From an uncultured virus (IMG/VR IMGVR_UViG_3300009285_001861) (taxonomy: Duplodnaviria; Heunggongvirae; Uroviricota; Caudoviricetes): DNA of 62,019 nt. The notes beneath the pieces are model-generated. The model saw nothing but the letters and a program-made list of their open reading frames with translations, ran no database searches and was not told where the DNA came from. The stretch lies in IMG/VR virus record IMGVR_UViG_3300009285_001861; one strand, given 5' to 3'. This document shows, one piece after another, positions 10,168-19,884 of this stretch. Made by a program: the position numbers and the translations under genes. Within the stretch, counting starts at the first letter, position 1, and each line of letters starts with the position of its first letter.

Positions 10168-10529
10168 CTATCAACTCCTTCAGTGTACACTTGAATTCGT
10201 GTCTCCGACGACCCATCCCACTCGAAATGGCGCCCGTGTCTGGCCAGCACATCACAGATCAACTTGCCGACAGCCTCATCGGTCATGGGATTGGGCCCAA
10301 GTGCCCCATAGGACAACATGAGGTATCCACGTTCCTCACGTCTCTCCTCATCCTGTGCATGGTAGAACACGTATCCCAAGTGCCCCGAGGGCTCATCCTT
10401 GTTCTCTTTCGAGATAGCATCCAAGCCACAAGACTGGCAGCACTGATAGTTCATCCGGGCCATCAAGTAGGTGTCCTCGAAAGCGTCAAATACCATGTCC
10501 AAAGGTGCCGGTCGGATATGTTCACTCAC
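10164..10529 (-). CDS. DUF6891-like protein
   Basis: ARMNYQCCQSCG, GYVFYHAQD, EWDGSSETRI. Confidence 0.65.
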   Translation of the reverse strand: MSEHIRPAPLDMVFDAFEDTYLMARMNYQCCQSCGLDAISKENKDEPSGHLGYVFYHAQDEERREERGYLMLSYGALGPNPMTDEAVGKLICDVLARHGRHFEWDGSSETRIQVYTEGVDR

Positions 10530-10542
10530 AGGTCATGCTCCT

Positions 10543-10800
10543 CTACCACGGTCTTCCCCCGATGCTGTCTCTTACACCAAGCTTGTAATCTTGAGATGTG
10601 CCAATTTCCGGGCAGGCGAGAGGCACGAAGCACCTGTCATCTTCCACAGCCTCTACCACAACAGTGATGACCTTCAGGCGTCCTGTGCCCTTGCAGGCCA
10701 AACAGGTCCTGTACTGGGTGCCATCGTTCATTTCCACCGCAAAGGTGCCACGACCAAGGCATTCTGGGCAGGTTAGGGGGATGTTCATTGTCCTAGCCAT
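10543..10800 (-). CDS. Small protein with DnaJ-type CxxCxGxG Zn finger
   Basis: CPECLGRG...CLACKGTG. Confidence 0.6.
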   Translation of the reverse strand: MARTMNIPLTCPECLGRGTFAVEMNDGTQYRTCLACKGTGRLKVITVVVEAVEDDRCFVPLACPEIGTSQDYKLGVRDSIGGRPW

Positions 10801-11359
10801 CCCAAAGTAGGGGTCCCAGTTGGATGTGGTTACATTCGTCCATCTTCGGTCTGGTCCCTACCGCCAACATGGATGTGGTGGCATCGAGGGAAACGTAGAT
10901 GACCTGTGTGGTCCAGTTGGGCTGGACCTGTGAGGAGTACGCCCCGGGGAATTCCTTGACGAGGTTGATCTTCCGAGTGAAGGCGTTATGCTGCCCCGGA
11001 TAAGCTGTGAGTGTTACAACAGATTCCGCAATCTCAGCTTTGAGCCACCCATTCTCAATCATGAACCCCACCCAAAGGGTCTCGATATATTGCCGATCCG
11101 CTGTGACCTTGGCGCGAAGTTTTTTCAGGTTGGGCCCGGAGATATCACCTTCTGCCAGTTCAAAAGTTCGCTGGCCCTTGGCCTCCAGCCAGACCTTGGC
11201 TTCGGTCCTCTCCTTTTGGGCCTGCGGGTCCACGGTCTGAAGGTGCATCCTGGGGTCTTCTCGGGAAAACCACCCCCAGTTATGGTCCGCCACATTACGA
11301 AGCACGACCGCCATGGCGGTCTTCTTCTGGAAGCGGTCGACGACGTTCTTGATGGTCAT
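10793..11359 (-). CDS. DUF4160-like / DUF2442-like fusion protein (paralog of 25832..26410)
   Basis: WFSREDPRMHLQT...EAKVWLE...FELAEG...IETLW followed by a ~85 aa domain ending QLGPLLW. Confidence 0.6.
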   Translation of the reverse strand: MTIKNVVDRFQKKTAMAVVLRNVADHNWGWFSREDPRMHLQTVDPQAQKERTEAKVWLEAKGQRTFELAEGDISGPNLKKLRAKVTADRQYIETLWVGFMIENGWLKAEIAESVVTLTAYPGQHNAFTRKINLVKEFPGAYSSQVQPNWTTQVIYVSLDATTSMLAVGTRPKMDECNHIQLGPLLWDG

Positions 11360-11368
11360 GCTTGCACC

Positions 11369-11734
11369 TTAGCCCACGCTTTCGAGGAGGTCCAGCATTT
11401 CCTTGGTGTCGATCTCACCGTTCCAATGACGCAGCAGGACATCACGGTTCTTGTTGATGAACGCCACGACCCGCTTGGCAACCTTGCCCGGTAGCTCCCC
11501 GAGCACTTTCGGGGGCACCCCGAGCGTTACTGACACTGCGTCCGCCAGCCCCTCCCCGGTGATCTTCTCACCAAGGACAACCTTGATCCGTGGGCCATGT
11601 TGAAGCTCAGCACCAGCAAATTCCCCAGCGGATACCCAGATGATGGCGCCATCGACCCCCGTTGTACGTGAACGTAGGTTCGACATTGCTTCCTTGAGGA
11701 AGCGGGCGGCTACGTTGGTGGAGGGGAGAGGCAT
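11369..11734 (-). CDS. DUF4160-like protein
   Basis: TTGV..IIWVS...QHGPRIKV...FINKNRDVLLRHW; first gene after promoter copy 2. Confidence 0.6.
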   Translation of the reverse strand: MPLPSTNVAARFLKEAMSNLRSRTTGVDGAIIWVSAGEFAGAELQHGPRIKVVLGEKITGEGLADAVSVTLGVPPKVLGELPGKVAKRVVAFINKNRDVLLRHWNGEIDTKEMLDLLESVG

Positions 11735-11750
11735 TGGGTTCCTTACACCC

Positions 11751-11788
11751 CCCTATCGGCACGGCGGGAAGGAACTTTTAGTGGAATC
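11751..11788 (-). promoter_or_regulatory. Sigma28-like phage promoter, copy 2
   Basis: GATTCCAC-TAAA-N16-GCCGATAG-GGG. Confidence 0.78.
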
Positions 11789-11800
11789 GGTTGGAGGGCC

Positions 11801-12175
11801 TTACAGATCGCAGACCGAGCAGTGGCAGTTGAGGGCGTGAACCTCCCCAGACCCCCAACACCACTCACATCTTCCCTCATCCCCATCACCACACCCCGAA
11901 CCACTACATGTAGGGCACGCATCCTTCGGTGGGTTGTAGTCATCGGGTCGCAGCCTCCCCCGCCAGCCTATGGGGTCCGCTGGTACGCAGACTGACAGGA
12001 TGGGTCCGAAACGGGTTTCCCCAATCTTCATGGCTTTGCCGGTCGCAATGAGCTTAGTGGCTACACCAGTGATTGCATCCTTGAATTCGTCATCGGTCAT
12101 GTTGTCACTCTCAATTTGTGGTGGGCCTACCCGTATGATCATAGGTCTCAATTCCGCTGGATCCACCATCGCCAA
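11801..12175 (-). CDS. Hypothetical protein with C-terminal CxxCxGxG Zn finger
   Basis: CPTCSGSG...CEWCWGSG. Confidence 0.55.
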   Translation of the reverse strand: MAMVDPAELRPMIIRVGPPQIESDNMTDDEFKDAITGVATKLIATGKAMKIGETRFGPILSVCVPADPIGWRGRLRPDDYNPPKDACPTCSGSGCGDGDEGRCEWCWGSGEVHALNCHCSVCDL

Positions 12176-12309
12176 ACATTCGAAGGGTAGGTCTGGCGGA
12201 TTAGCGTCATTGACTGGGGTTAAATTGAAACAGGTCCGCCGGGTGGTTATGCCTATCCGCAGCGATGGCTTGCCAGATCAGGAGAGACAGGTTGTCGGGA
12301 GCGTCTCTT

Positions 12310-15300
12310 TCATGACTCTGCCCTTTGTTGCTGGGTTTGTGCCTCAAGGGGCACCTCCTGGGGTTCCTGGACTTCCGGGTCAGACTCCTGCCCAACATCT
12401 ACCCGGACCTTCTCGTCCGCCATCTCCGTGACCATGGCCATGACCCCACCGGCCTTCTTGAACAAAGGTCCCGTCAATAGATCCAGGGCCCCGTCCCCAA
12501 GGTCGGCCATCCCTTCTTCTCGCATTGCTTGGGCAAGTATGGCTAGCCTGTTGGCTGGGACGTAATTGGGATTCTTGTTGGGGATACCCGACCACAGGTT
12601 TTTTCCATCGGTCTCTTCCAAATACTTAGCCTGTGGAAGAGACCCCAATCCAGCACCCATCAGGATCTTAGTCACCGCAAGTCCTTGTGGGCTAGCTAGA
12701 AGTTTCAGGGCCTTACGTCTATTGGCCCCCAAGGTCTGAGTCAGGAACTCCAGCAGGGGGTCCCGAACCGCTTTGGCCAGTTGACGGCCAGCCACCCGGT
12801 ATACGGCCCTACTGGCTTCGGTCTTGGCTGTTTGGGTGACTCTTTGTGCCTTGGTTGGCTTGGCCATTTTCAGGTCCTTTCCCTCATTTGCGAAGCAGGC
12901 CCTGAAGTACTCCTCTTGTATCTCGTAGGTATCGTCTCTACATTTGTGTTGCTGAGGGGGAAGGATGCCCCTCTTATCCAATATCCAGGTTACTAGCTCA
13001 TAGGGCACGGAGATGCCATCTAACTCCATATTGCGTGCCTCTAGGTTACCGCCCCCTATTTTACCATCCCCTACCCCTGAGGAGCATCGTTCTCGCGAAC
13101 AAATCAGATTTTGCCTCAATACATTTTGGATTTGGATCAGTTCCGCAACTTTATGGGCTTCAATAGTTGTTGTAGTATCGGGTCTTCCCTCTATTTTTGG
13201 GAGACTGCCCAGCACTGCGTAAAAGCGTCTCAGGTTTGTTAGTCGCTCCTCAGCAAGGGATACCAACAAGGGGTCTGGGTCATTTTCAGGGGTACCCGTC
13301 TTCTCCATGTGGGCCTCCAGGACCTTAGCCTTTGGCATCAGGCCCCTCAAATTGGCGGTCTTGGGGTGGAGATGGTAGAGGCCACAGATGAAGTTGAGGT
13401 CCTTTTCCCAACCGGGGGTCAGGTACTGCCCGCATTCCTCCTCCATCCAGGCACGAAGGCCCTTGAAATCAACTGCTCCACCGTTCACCCAAGTGGTGGT
13501 CTTGGTGGACCACACCTGATAGTAGGGCTCTTTTGACCATGGACCCCTGTAGGAAGGGTGGGCAGAACTGTCGAGGGTCCAGCCATGGTCAATCATGTAA
13601 CGTGCTAGGTTGCGCTTGAAATCCCGTACCGGTGGTGCCTGTTTGGCCAAATTGGTGGCTCCCCACGAGTCTACCAAGGACCTTACAGCAGCAAGAACAC
13701 GGTCTCTCGCCTGTAGGTTGATTCTAACGGCGGTTATGCCTTTGGTTTTTGGGCCACGCTCACCAAGATAGCTTTCTGATGTAAGGATCGAGCCCTCAAA
13801 ACCCACCAGGGCCTTCTGGAAGACTTCCAACATTTGATTCTGTTGGGTTTCATCCAGGTGGTGGAACTCTAGGTTGACGTGGTTCTTCGTACCTGGAGTA
13901 TCTCGGATATTCATGTTCTTGACCACAGAAATGTCTGGGGTCAACAATGGTGGAAGTCCTAATTCCGCTCGTTTCCCATTGACAAAGGTATCAAGTCGTT
14001 CCCCCAGGTCCCCAGGCAGGTGGGCACTTGTCCAGGATCCCTCACATGCGAGGTTAATAAGACTCCTTTGGATTTCTTCAAGGCAACCCGTCATGTCCGA
14101 TGGGTTCGAAGACCGGGCCCGTTGGAGTCCATCAGCAAGGATATCCAAGGTGTCCTCTTCTAGTTCCAAGTCCCCCAGGACCGATTTGGGGCTGGAACTC
14201 AACTCCAGGGTCGAGGCATTACTCATGATGCACTCATCCACTCGTTTCCTCAATTCCTCTGGCAGGTCCAGGGCAGCTATATCCCAAGGGATCGTTTTGG
14301 TGTCCCCTTTACGGTTAACCTCCCGGTCATTGAGGATGCTCTTCACCAGAGACTTTTCGTAGAAAGCATAGTACCCAACACGCTTACGGGATTGTCGATA
14401 TTTAGCATTCTCAAATTTGGCATTCCCAAAGTGGATGAACCCCTCTGGGATGTCAAGTCTCTCATTCTCGGCATCCCCCCGACGGAAGTCAGCAATCTCC
14501 CATGCCAGTGCCTCGATGGGGTTGTGGGGTTTTCTCCTGCTGGCAACAGCCCACTTGTTCAGGCGTCTGCCAAGCATGTCGGCGCCATCCAGGTTGCGGG
14601 GGAAGATAGTCTCCCATTTCTCTAGTGTGGGCTCCCTCACATATTCCTGAAGTACCCCCGCCAATGCATAGAGATCCACCCCCTCAGTAGATAGTTTGAA
14701 GTTTTTACGGAGGCCAAGGATCCCCCGGGCCATCTCCATGTACTGTCGGTCCCCCGGGATGGTTGGCTGTGTCTTGGCCCATGTGATGTAAGCCACGGTG
14801 CGGTCAATCAGGTCAACCAGGATGGGGTCCTTAGAGTTTCCCCAATTAAAGAGATCCCGAATTATCCACCGTGGGTCCTTAGGAGACTTGACAATCGACT
14901 CGATCAATTCCAGAACTCCCTTGTGGGTCATCAAGGTCATGTGTGACAACCACTCACGGGCAAGGGTCATATCATCATAGCCATCTTGGCCATCGCCCTT
15001 GTAGGCGGTGCTCTTACTGTCATCTGTCCCAAGCTCTTTCGCGACAGACTCTCCAATCCGCTTAACATCGGGATCTAGTGCCCTCTCCTTGATCTCATTG
15101 GGCTTAGCGGTTTTGGCATCCGCAAGGTGCTCCACAGCCGCCGTGAGGTTCGAGAGGGCATCGCGGACTGCGGTCTTGCTCCCCACGTCTGCAAGGTTCT
15201 GGCGTGCTTGCTGGGCATGGGCCTTGGCCAGGATGACATTGGACGCCGCTTCCTTTGGGTCTATGATCTTGAGTGAGGACTGTCGGAATTCTACTCGGTG

Positions 15301-15750
15301 GAAGCCACCACGCTCATCAAACCAGTCACAGGTGGCGTTTTCCCCGTTAACCGAATGGACGGACATAGAAACCCATGTCTCCTTTGGTAAAACCGGGTTG
15401 ACCAGCCAAACGGCAGCCCCCGGGGCCAACCCGTAAGAAGGCTCCTTGTCCCCATCGTCACCGTCACGGTCATATTCCTTCCGGGCCTTGAGCGTCATTG
15501 AACTTAGGTCATCGATGTGGACTTGGTCAAAAGACAGGCTGTCTCCCAGGGCCAAGCCATCTGCCATCCGACGGAAAACATTGTTCTTCAGGGAGTCCGC
15601 ACTCCATGGGAGAGCATAATTGGCCACCTTGGGGTCCCAAAAGTTGTATTCCCATACATCCCCCACGGGATTGATCCGTGCCCGAAGGGTCCAGCCCTTT
15701 AAGGCTGCCCATGTGGAGACAGGTGTGGGGACGGGTGGAACGGGGGTCAC
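12310..15750 (-). CDS. Giant modular protein A (1146 aa): YodC/DUF2158-like module, helical repeats, conserved family C-terminal domain
   Basis: Long ORF; C-terminal RQLAKAVRDPLLEFL...ADLGDGALDLLTGPLFK shared with 38967..42728 and 45435..48989. Confidence 0.85.
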   Translation of the reverse strand: MTPVPPVPTPVSTWAALKGWTLRARINPVGDVWEYNFWDPKVANYALPWSADSLKNNVFRRMADGLALGDSLSFDQVHIDDLSSMTLKARKEYDRDGDDGDKEPSYGLAPGAAVWLVNPVLPKETWVSMSVHSVNGENATCDWFDERGGFHRVEFRQSSLKIIDPKEAASNVILAKAHAQQARQNLADVGSKTAVRDALSNLTAAVEHLADAKTAKPNEIKERALDPDVKRIGESVAKELGTDDSKSTAYKGDGQDGYDDMTLAREWLSHMTLMTHKGVLELIESIVKSPKDPRWIIRDLFNWGNSKDPILVDLIDRTVAYITWAKTQPTIPGDRQYMEMARGILGLRKNFKLSTEGVDLYALAGVLQEYVREPTLEKWETIFPRNLDGADMLGRRLNKWAVASRRKPHNPIEALAWEIADFRRGDAENERLDIPEGFIHFGNAKFENAKYRQSRKRVGYYAFYEKSLVKSILNDREVNRKGDTKTIPWDIAALDLPEELRKRVDECIMSNASTLELSSSPKSVLGDLELEEDTLDILADGLQRARSSNPSDMTGCLEEIQRSLINLACEGSWTSAHLPGDLGERLDTFVNGKRAELGLPPLLTPDISVVKNMNIRDTPGTKNHVNLEFHHLDETQQNQMLEVFQKALVGFEGSILTSESYLGERGPKTKGITAVRINLQARDRVLAAVRSLVDSWGATNLAKQAPPVRDFKRNLARYMIDHGWTLDSSAHPSYRGPWSKEPYYQVWSTKTTTWVNGGAVDFKGLRAWMEEECGQYLTPGWEKDLNFICGLYHLHPKTANLRGLMPKAKVLEAHMEKTGTPENDPDPLLVSLAEERLTNLRRFYAVLGSLPKIEGRPDTTTTIEAHKVAELIQIQNVLRQNLICSRERCSSGVGDGKIGGGNLEARNMELDGISVPYELVTWILDKRGILPPQQHKCRDDTYEIQEEYFRACFANEGKDLKMAKPTKAQRVTQTAKTEASRAVYRVAGRQLAKAVRDPLLEFLTQTLGANRRKALKLLASPQGLAVTKILMGAGLGSLPQAKYLEETDGKNLWSGIPNKNPNYVPANRLAILAQAMREEGMADLGDGALDLLTGPLFKKAGGVMAMVTEMADEKVRVDVGQESDPEVQEPQEVPLEAQTQQQRAES

Positions 15751-16710
15751 CTATGGCTCCTCGTGATTTTTCCCCAGGCTGAAGAAGTCCAGTGCCCCTT
15801 GAGGTGGTGGCTCGGGAGCCAAGTTGGAGATGATGACCTCCATTTTCTTGTTCTTGCGCCCATGACCCCCTCCGATTCTGTAGCTCCCCCCAACAGGTAT
15901 GAGGGTGAATTCTTGAAATCGGTCCAGGACCTCTTGACAATGGGAGTTGGTCAGGATCACATGAATCCCCTGCTCGTGGAGCCGATGGACTTCTCGGTAG
16001 AGGACATCCAAGTCCCTGCCCTCAAAACCCCCAGCACAATAATCCGTGAACCCCTCAAAATAGGGGGGATCCATAAATACTAGGTCCCCTGGTTGGGCCA
16101 GCCCGGTCAAAACCTTCCAATCCTGACAGGTCAACTTGACCTGCCCAGACCCAAGGTACTTTGCAACCTTGCGAAGGTTGTCCACATCCAAGGCAACATT
16201 TAGTCGATGCCCAAAAGGGACATTGAACTCACCTTTGGAATTTTCCCTATTGAGCCCGTTGAAACCATGCTGATTAAGGTAGATGAATCTAGCTGCCCTG
16301 CCCGCCCTAGTCGTTGGCATATCCGCTCGGACTCTGTAGTAGTCCGCTTCCCCAACAGCCAAGTCAGCACTAGCTTCCGTAGCAAGGCTCAGGAACTCCT
16401 CCTCGCTCAGGCACTCCCCTCCTGGGGCTGTCTTGGTAGTCAGAGACCCGACTAGTTGGATGACATCCTCACATTCATCCCGGAGGGCCTCGAAAACCTC
16501 GATGAGCTTGGGGTTGAAGTCCCCTACCAGTGCCCTTGGGGGCAACAAGGCCAGCAGGACTGCCCCTCCGCCCAAGAAGGGCTCAATATACGTGCCGTAG
16601 GATTCGGGAAGGAGAGGCAGAATTTGAGGGAGCATGCGGCGTTTGCCGCCGGGCCATTTGAAGGGGGGTTTGAGCATTGGTGCAGTTACTCTACCGGACT
16701 GCCGGGACAC
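15751..16710 (-). CDS. dam: DNA adenine methyltransferase (Dam/D12 class)
   Basis: KWPGGK, YIEPFLGGGAV, AARFIYLN, FNGLNRENSKGEFNVPFG, DPPY; true start probably ~16680. Confidence 0.95.
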   Translation of the reverse strand: MSRQSGRVTAPMLKPPFKWPGGKRRMLPQILPLLPESYGTYIEPFLGGGAVLLALLPPRALVGDFNPKLIEVFEALRDECEDVIQLVGSLTTKTAPGGECLSEEEFLSLATEASADLAVGEADYYRVRADMPTTRAGRAARFIYLNQHGFNGLNRENSKGEFNVPFGHRLNVALDVDNLRKVAKYLGSGQVKLTCQDWKVLTGLAQPGDLVFMDPPYFEGFTDYCAGGFEGRDLDVLYREVHRLHEQGIHVILTNSHCQEVLDRFQEFTLIPVGGSYRIGGGHGRKNKKMEVIISNLAPEPPPQGALDFFSLGKNHEEP

Positions 16711-17695
16711 CCATCAAACCAGCTCTTTTCCACTGAAGCCACCCCAAGACTATGTTCTCAGCGATGTTCAATGCCTGCCCATCATACCTGTACATGTCAG
16801 AGATGTTGGTGGAATCCCGGGTGAGCCCTTGAGTGTTATCACCCATCCTCTTGACTGCTTCCTTGGATAGAAAAGCCGTGTGCCCCCTGGTGAGGTACTC
16901 TTTGGGGGCGCCACAAATCCTGAGGACATCCATCATCGACAGCCCAGTGTTAAGCGGTTGGGGTTCCTGCCTGCGAATGGAAATCACAGGGGCCACCCAC
17001 AGCTTCTTAAGGGCAGCTAGGGCATCCGTGGCCCTGGGATAATTGGGCTGGATTGAGAGTGCACAACGGTACCAGACCCCCGCTTCCTCAATCCGGTTCT
17101 GTTGCTCCGCAATCCGGCCAAGGTTGAAGGCAGCCTTGGGCTCTCGGTCACAGTGGAATAAGAATTCCTCAAACCCGTTTTGGGCCCGAAATGGGTACCC
17201 CTGGTCATATGCCCCACAAGCTCTGCCCCACCATGCTTTTGGATTCTCCTCGTTGTGAATGACTTCCCAATTGTGGGGGTCCACCGGGTCTCGGCGGGGT
17301 TCTCGTGCCACATCAGGGTAGACAGGCCAGATATCAACCCTGGTGTAATCCATGAGGATTTCATGGATTACACCAAGGCCCGAGTCATCCATGCTGCGCC
17401 AGACAGACTTCCTGGCATCGTTTTCCTTCAGATGGGGGCCATTCTTGTCGACCCACAGAAGCTGATAGACACCGTTCGGGTATGCCCCGTCCAGAAACAG
17501 CAGCGTGAAGAACCTGTTCATGAACAGGACGTGGTTCAGGTAGTACTGAGGCCCCCGGTCATGGCTGTACCGGTGTCCTGGCTCCTTGGGTTCCCGCCAC
17601 TCATGACACTTCGAGGACAGCCCAAGAGCCACACGGGCATCCCGGATCTCTTGGTTCTGCTTGACGATGACTTCGACGGGACGTGTGTCACGCAT
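16691..17695 (-). CDS. Hypothetical protein with a TPR-like motif
   Basis: AAFNLGRIAEQQNRIEEAGVWYRCALSIQPNY. Confidence 0.6.
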   Translation of the reverse strand: MRDTRPVEVIVKQNQEIRDARVALGLSSKCHEWREPKEPGHRYSHDRGPQYYLNHVLFMNRFFTLLFLDGAYPNGVYQLLWVDKNGPHLKENDARKSVWRSMDDSGLGVIHEILMDYTRVDIWPVYPDVAREPRRDPVDPHNWEVIHNEENPKAWWGRACGAYDQGYPFRAQNGFEEFLFHCDREPKAAFNLGRIAEQQNRIEEAGVWYRCALSIQPNYPRATDALAALKKLWVAPVISIRRQEPQPLNTGLSMMDVLRICGAPKEYLTRGHTAFLSKEAVKRMGDNTQGLTRDSTNISDMYRYDGQALNIAENIVLGWLQWKRAGLMGVPAVR

Positions 17696-17729
17696 GTTTC
17701 AATCCACTTCCATGGGAAGAATTGTGGTC

Positions 17730-18770
17730 CTAGGCGGCAGGGGATTCCGGCTGGAAGAAGGCGATCACTTCTGTCCCCAGCTTGGTGAGCTGTCCCTTGG
17801 AGATGAGCCGATCCGCTCGCAGGGAGTCCGAGTCCTTGAGGGTTCCATTCTGGATATGCACCTTGAGGGCCTGAAGAATCCTGAGAGCCAGGGATCGGCG
17901 CTGTTCAGCCACCTTCCCGACAGAATGCTCCAGAAGATTCCTCAGTACCAGCGCAGGGGAATCCTCAGCAAGATCCGCTCCCTTGATCATGGCTCCCAGG
18001 AATTGGTAGGTCTGATCTGGGTACTCCTGCATGGCGAAAACCAGGGAGGCGCCAATTGAGGCAGCCTTCAGCCAACGAGCACTCAGCATCGGAAGGAGCT
18101 CCTCAATAGCCCCACTGTTCTTCCCAAAATATGCCTCTACCTGTTCGGGATCTGACTGTAGGTTTGTTCCTGTCAGCATCAAGTACTCGGAGGTAGCCCA
18201 AGACCCAATGCGGGCCAAATCTGGCTTCAAGGTCGCCGGAATAGATGACCCCCTCCGAAGTGCCTCGCTAACTGAGCGGATCCATCCGCGGTCTAGTGCC
18301 CGAATGGCATCATCACTCAGGCCATACACAACCAGCAAGGAAACGGTCACACCAGACTCAATGATGGCCCAGAGACGATGCTGCCCATCCACAAGATGTC
18401 CTCGTGTATCGAAAGCGATACCCTGGGGGGTCAGCTGCCACTTGTGCTCCCGCATGATGGGGGCATATGCGCTGACCCGGCGCTTGTTCACTCTTCGATT
18501 GGTGTTCTCCTGCGAAGCAAGATACACCAGGGCCAGGGTGGGGGTGATGTGCTCAATCTGCACCACCCATGGGAAAAGGGGGTTGAGGTTGACGGGAATC
18601 TTGACAGGCTGGATGTCAGGGTTGGGCTTGTTCATCTTCAGCTCTTCCTCGATGGACCCCGCACAGGCATGGCATCCCGAGTCCTTGGTGTCTACGGCAT
18701 TGCTGCTCATGTTTCGCTCCATGTTGTTGTCTTCGATCTTGGCCATTTTCTTGCTCACTTTCGAGTTCAT
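17730..18770 (-). CDS. ParB/DGQHR-superfamily protein
   Basis: ITP...NRRV...WQLTPQGIAFD..GHLVDGQHRLWAI; start uncertain (track extends to 18896). Confidence 0.8.
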   Translation of the reverse strand: MNSKVSKKMAKIEDNNMERNMSSNAVDTKDSGCHACAGSIEEELKMNKPNPDIQPVKIPVNLNPLFPWVVQIEHITPTLALVYLASQENTNRRVNKRRVSAYAPIMREHKWQLTPQGIAFDTRGHLVDGQHRLWAIIESGVTVSLLVVYGLSDDAIRALDRGWIRSVSEALRRGSSIPATLKPDLARIGSWATSEYLMLTGTNLQSDPEQVEAYFGKNSGAIEELLPMLSARWLKAASIGASLVFAMQEYPDQTYQFLGAMIKGADLAEDSPALVLRNLLEHSVGKVAEQRRSLALRILQALKVHIQNGTLKDSDSLRADRLISKGQLTKLGTEVIAFFQPESPAA

Positions 18771-18935
18771 GCGTTTCAAATCATGCCCCACATTGGTGGT
18801 GCATCGAATGTAGCTGGTGATACGGGCAGCGACCCCCAGGGCCCGGAGAAGCTCAACTCCAAGTTGGTGGGCCCCTGTTAGTCGGGAAGGGGTCACGTTG
18901 GATTTACACCCGCGGGACCCTTTTGCGAAGGAAAT

Positions 18936-19207
18936 CTACCAACCCCCGATTTCCCACCGAGCATACCCTGCACTCCAAGGCCGGGCGGGGTGGCCCGCCC
19001 TTTTGTCCCAGAATCGAGCAGGTAGCTTCACTTGCAGGGGAACAACCGCAACATGCCAGGGCGTGAAGGGAACAAGGAGGCACCCAATCCGGACCATGGC
19101 ACCAGCCAGGGGGTCCCCATTGAGGGGGCAGTTACAATCCTCTCCCTCATGGTCGTGGCAAACCACCAACTGGTTTGAGGTTCGGGGACAGACCTTCAGG
19201 GATACAT
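18936..19207 (-). pseudogene. Small Cys-rich ORF with a one-base-short frameshift in codon 3-4
   Basis: ATG TAT CCC TGA; one more C gives MYPLKVCPRTSNQLVVCH...; ATG is TGATG-coupled to upstream stop. Confidence 0.4.
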
Positions 19208-19680
19208 CATGTTCCTCCGGATTCTTGAATCAGCTTCGCCAGCTCTTCCCGCTTGCGCGCAATGACCGCTTCGTTGCGCTGCTGGGTGATTATCTCCAGA
19301 GACTTGTTCTTGGCAAGCTCCCTTTCCAACTGTTGGAGTAGGTCCCCCACGGTCTCGTCATCCCCCTCTTCCGGGTCCCTGGCATCCTCGGGGTCCGGAG
19401 TACCCCCTGATGTCTCCTGTCTTCCAGGCCCGAGTTGAAGAGGAGGCCCCCCCTGAGGGGTGGAGCACACCTTGGCCACACCCACCTTCTCAATCTTCCA
19501 CCAGTCCCAACCTGATGTGGGGCGGTTAGTACAGAACTTCGCGGCCCCCGAGGGGGAATCAAACAACTTTCCCAAAACGAGGTATCCCCCCTCCACCACG
19601 TCCAGGGTGTAGAGCACCTTCTTGTGGATCTTGGTGAACTTGGAACCAACTGGGGGGGCGACATGTTCAATCTTGTTCAT
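19207..19680 (-). CDS. RAMA-like DNA-binding domain protein with coiled-coil tail
   Basis: GKLFDSPSGAAKFCTNRPTSGWDWWK; first gene after promoter copy 3. Confidence 0.7.
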   Translation of the reverse strand: MNKIEHVAPPVGSKFTKIHKKVLYTLDVVEGGYLVLGKLFDSPSGAAKFCTNRPTSGWDWWKIEKVGVAKVCSTPQGGPPLQLGPGRQETSGGTPDPEDARDPEEGDDETVGDLLQQLERELAKNKSLEIITQQRNEAVIARKREELAKLIQESGGT

Positions 19681-19693
19681 CGGAACCTCTACT

Positions 19694-19730
19694 CCCTATC
19701 GGTACGAGAAGGGGAACTTTTAGCGAATTC
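19694..19730 (-). promoter_or_regulatory. Sigma28-like phage promoter, copy 3
   Basis: GAATTCGC-TAAA-N15-ACCGATAG-GG. Confidence 0.8.
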
Positions 19731-19769
19731 AGAGGAGGCTATGTTTTTCTCGTGACCCTACTTCCAGTG

Positions 19770-19824
19770 GGATGCCCGCTTACAGTGGGCCAGAAGCTCG
19801 TAGGCCCACTGTAAGCGGGCATCC
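19770..19824. repeat. Perfect 22-bp inverted repeat with 11-nt spacer (candidate small RNA or cruciform site)
   Basis: GGATGCCCGCTTACAGTGGGCC (19770-19791) / GGCCCACTGTAAGCGGGCATCC (19803-19824). Confidence 0.95.
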
Positions 19825-19855
19825 TCAGGGAAGCTCAGGTGGGGGCATTCAAATA

Positions 19856-19884
19856 CCTATCGGCACGGTGGGATCAGTTTCTTA
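19856..19884 (-). promoter_or_regulatory. Sigma28-like phage promoter, copy 4 (variant -35)
   Basis: TAAG-N16-GCCGATAG with the conserved CGT before the -10; no sizeable ORF downstream before copy 3. Confidence 0.6.
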
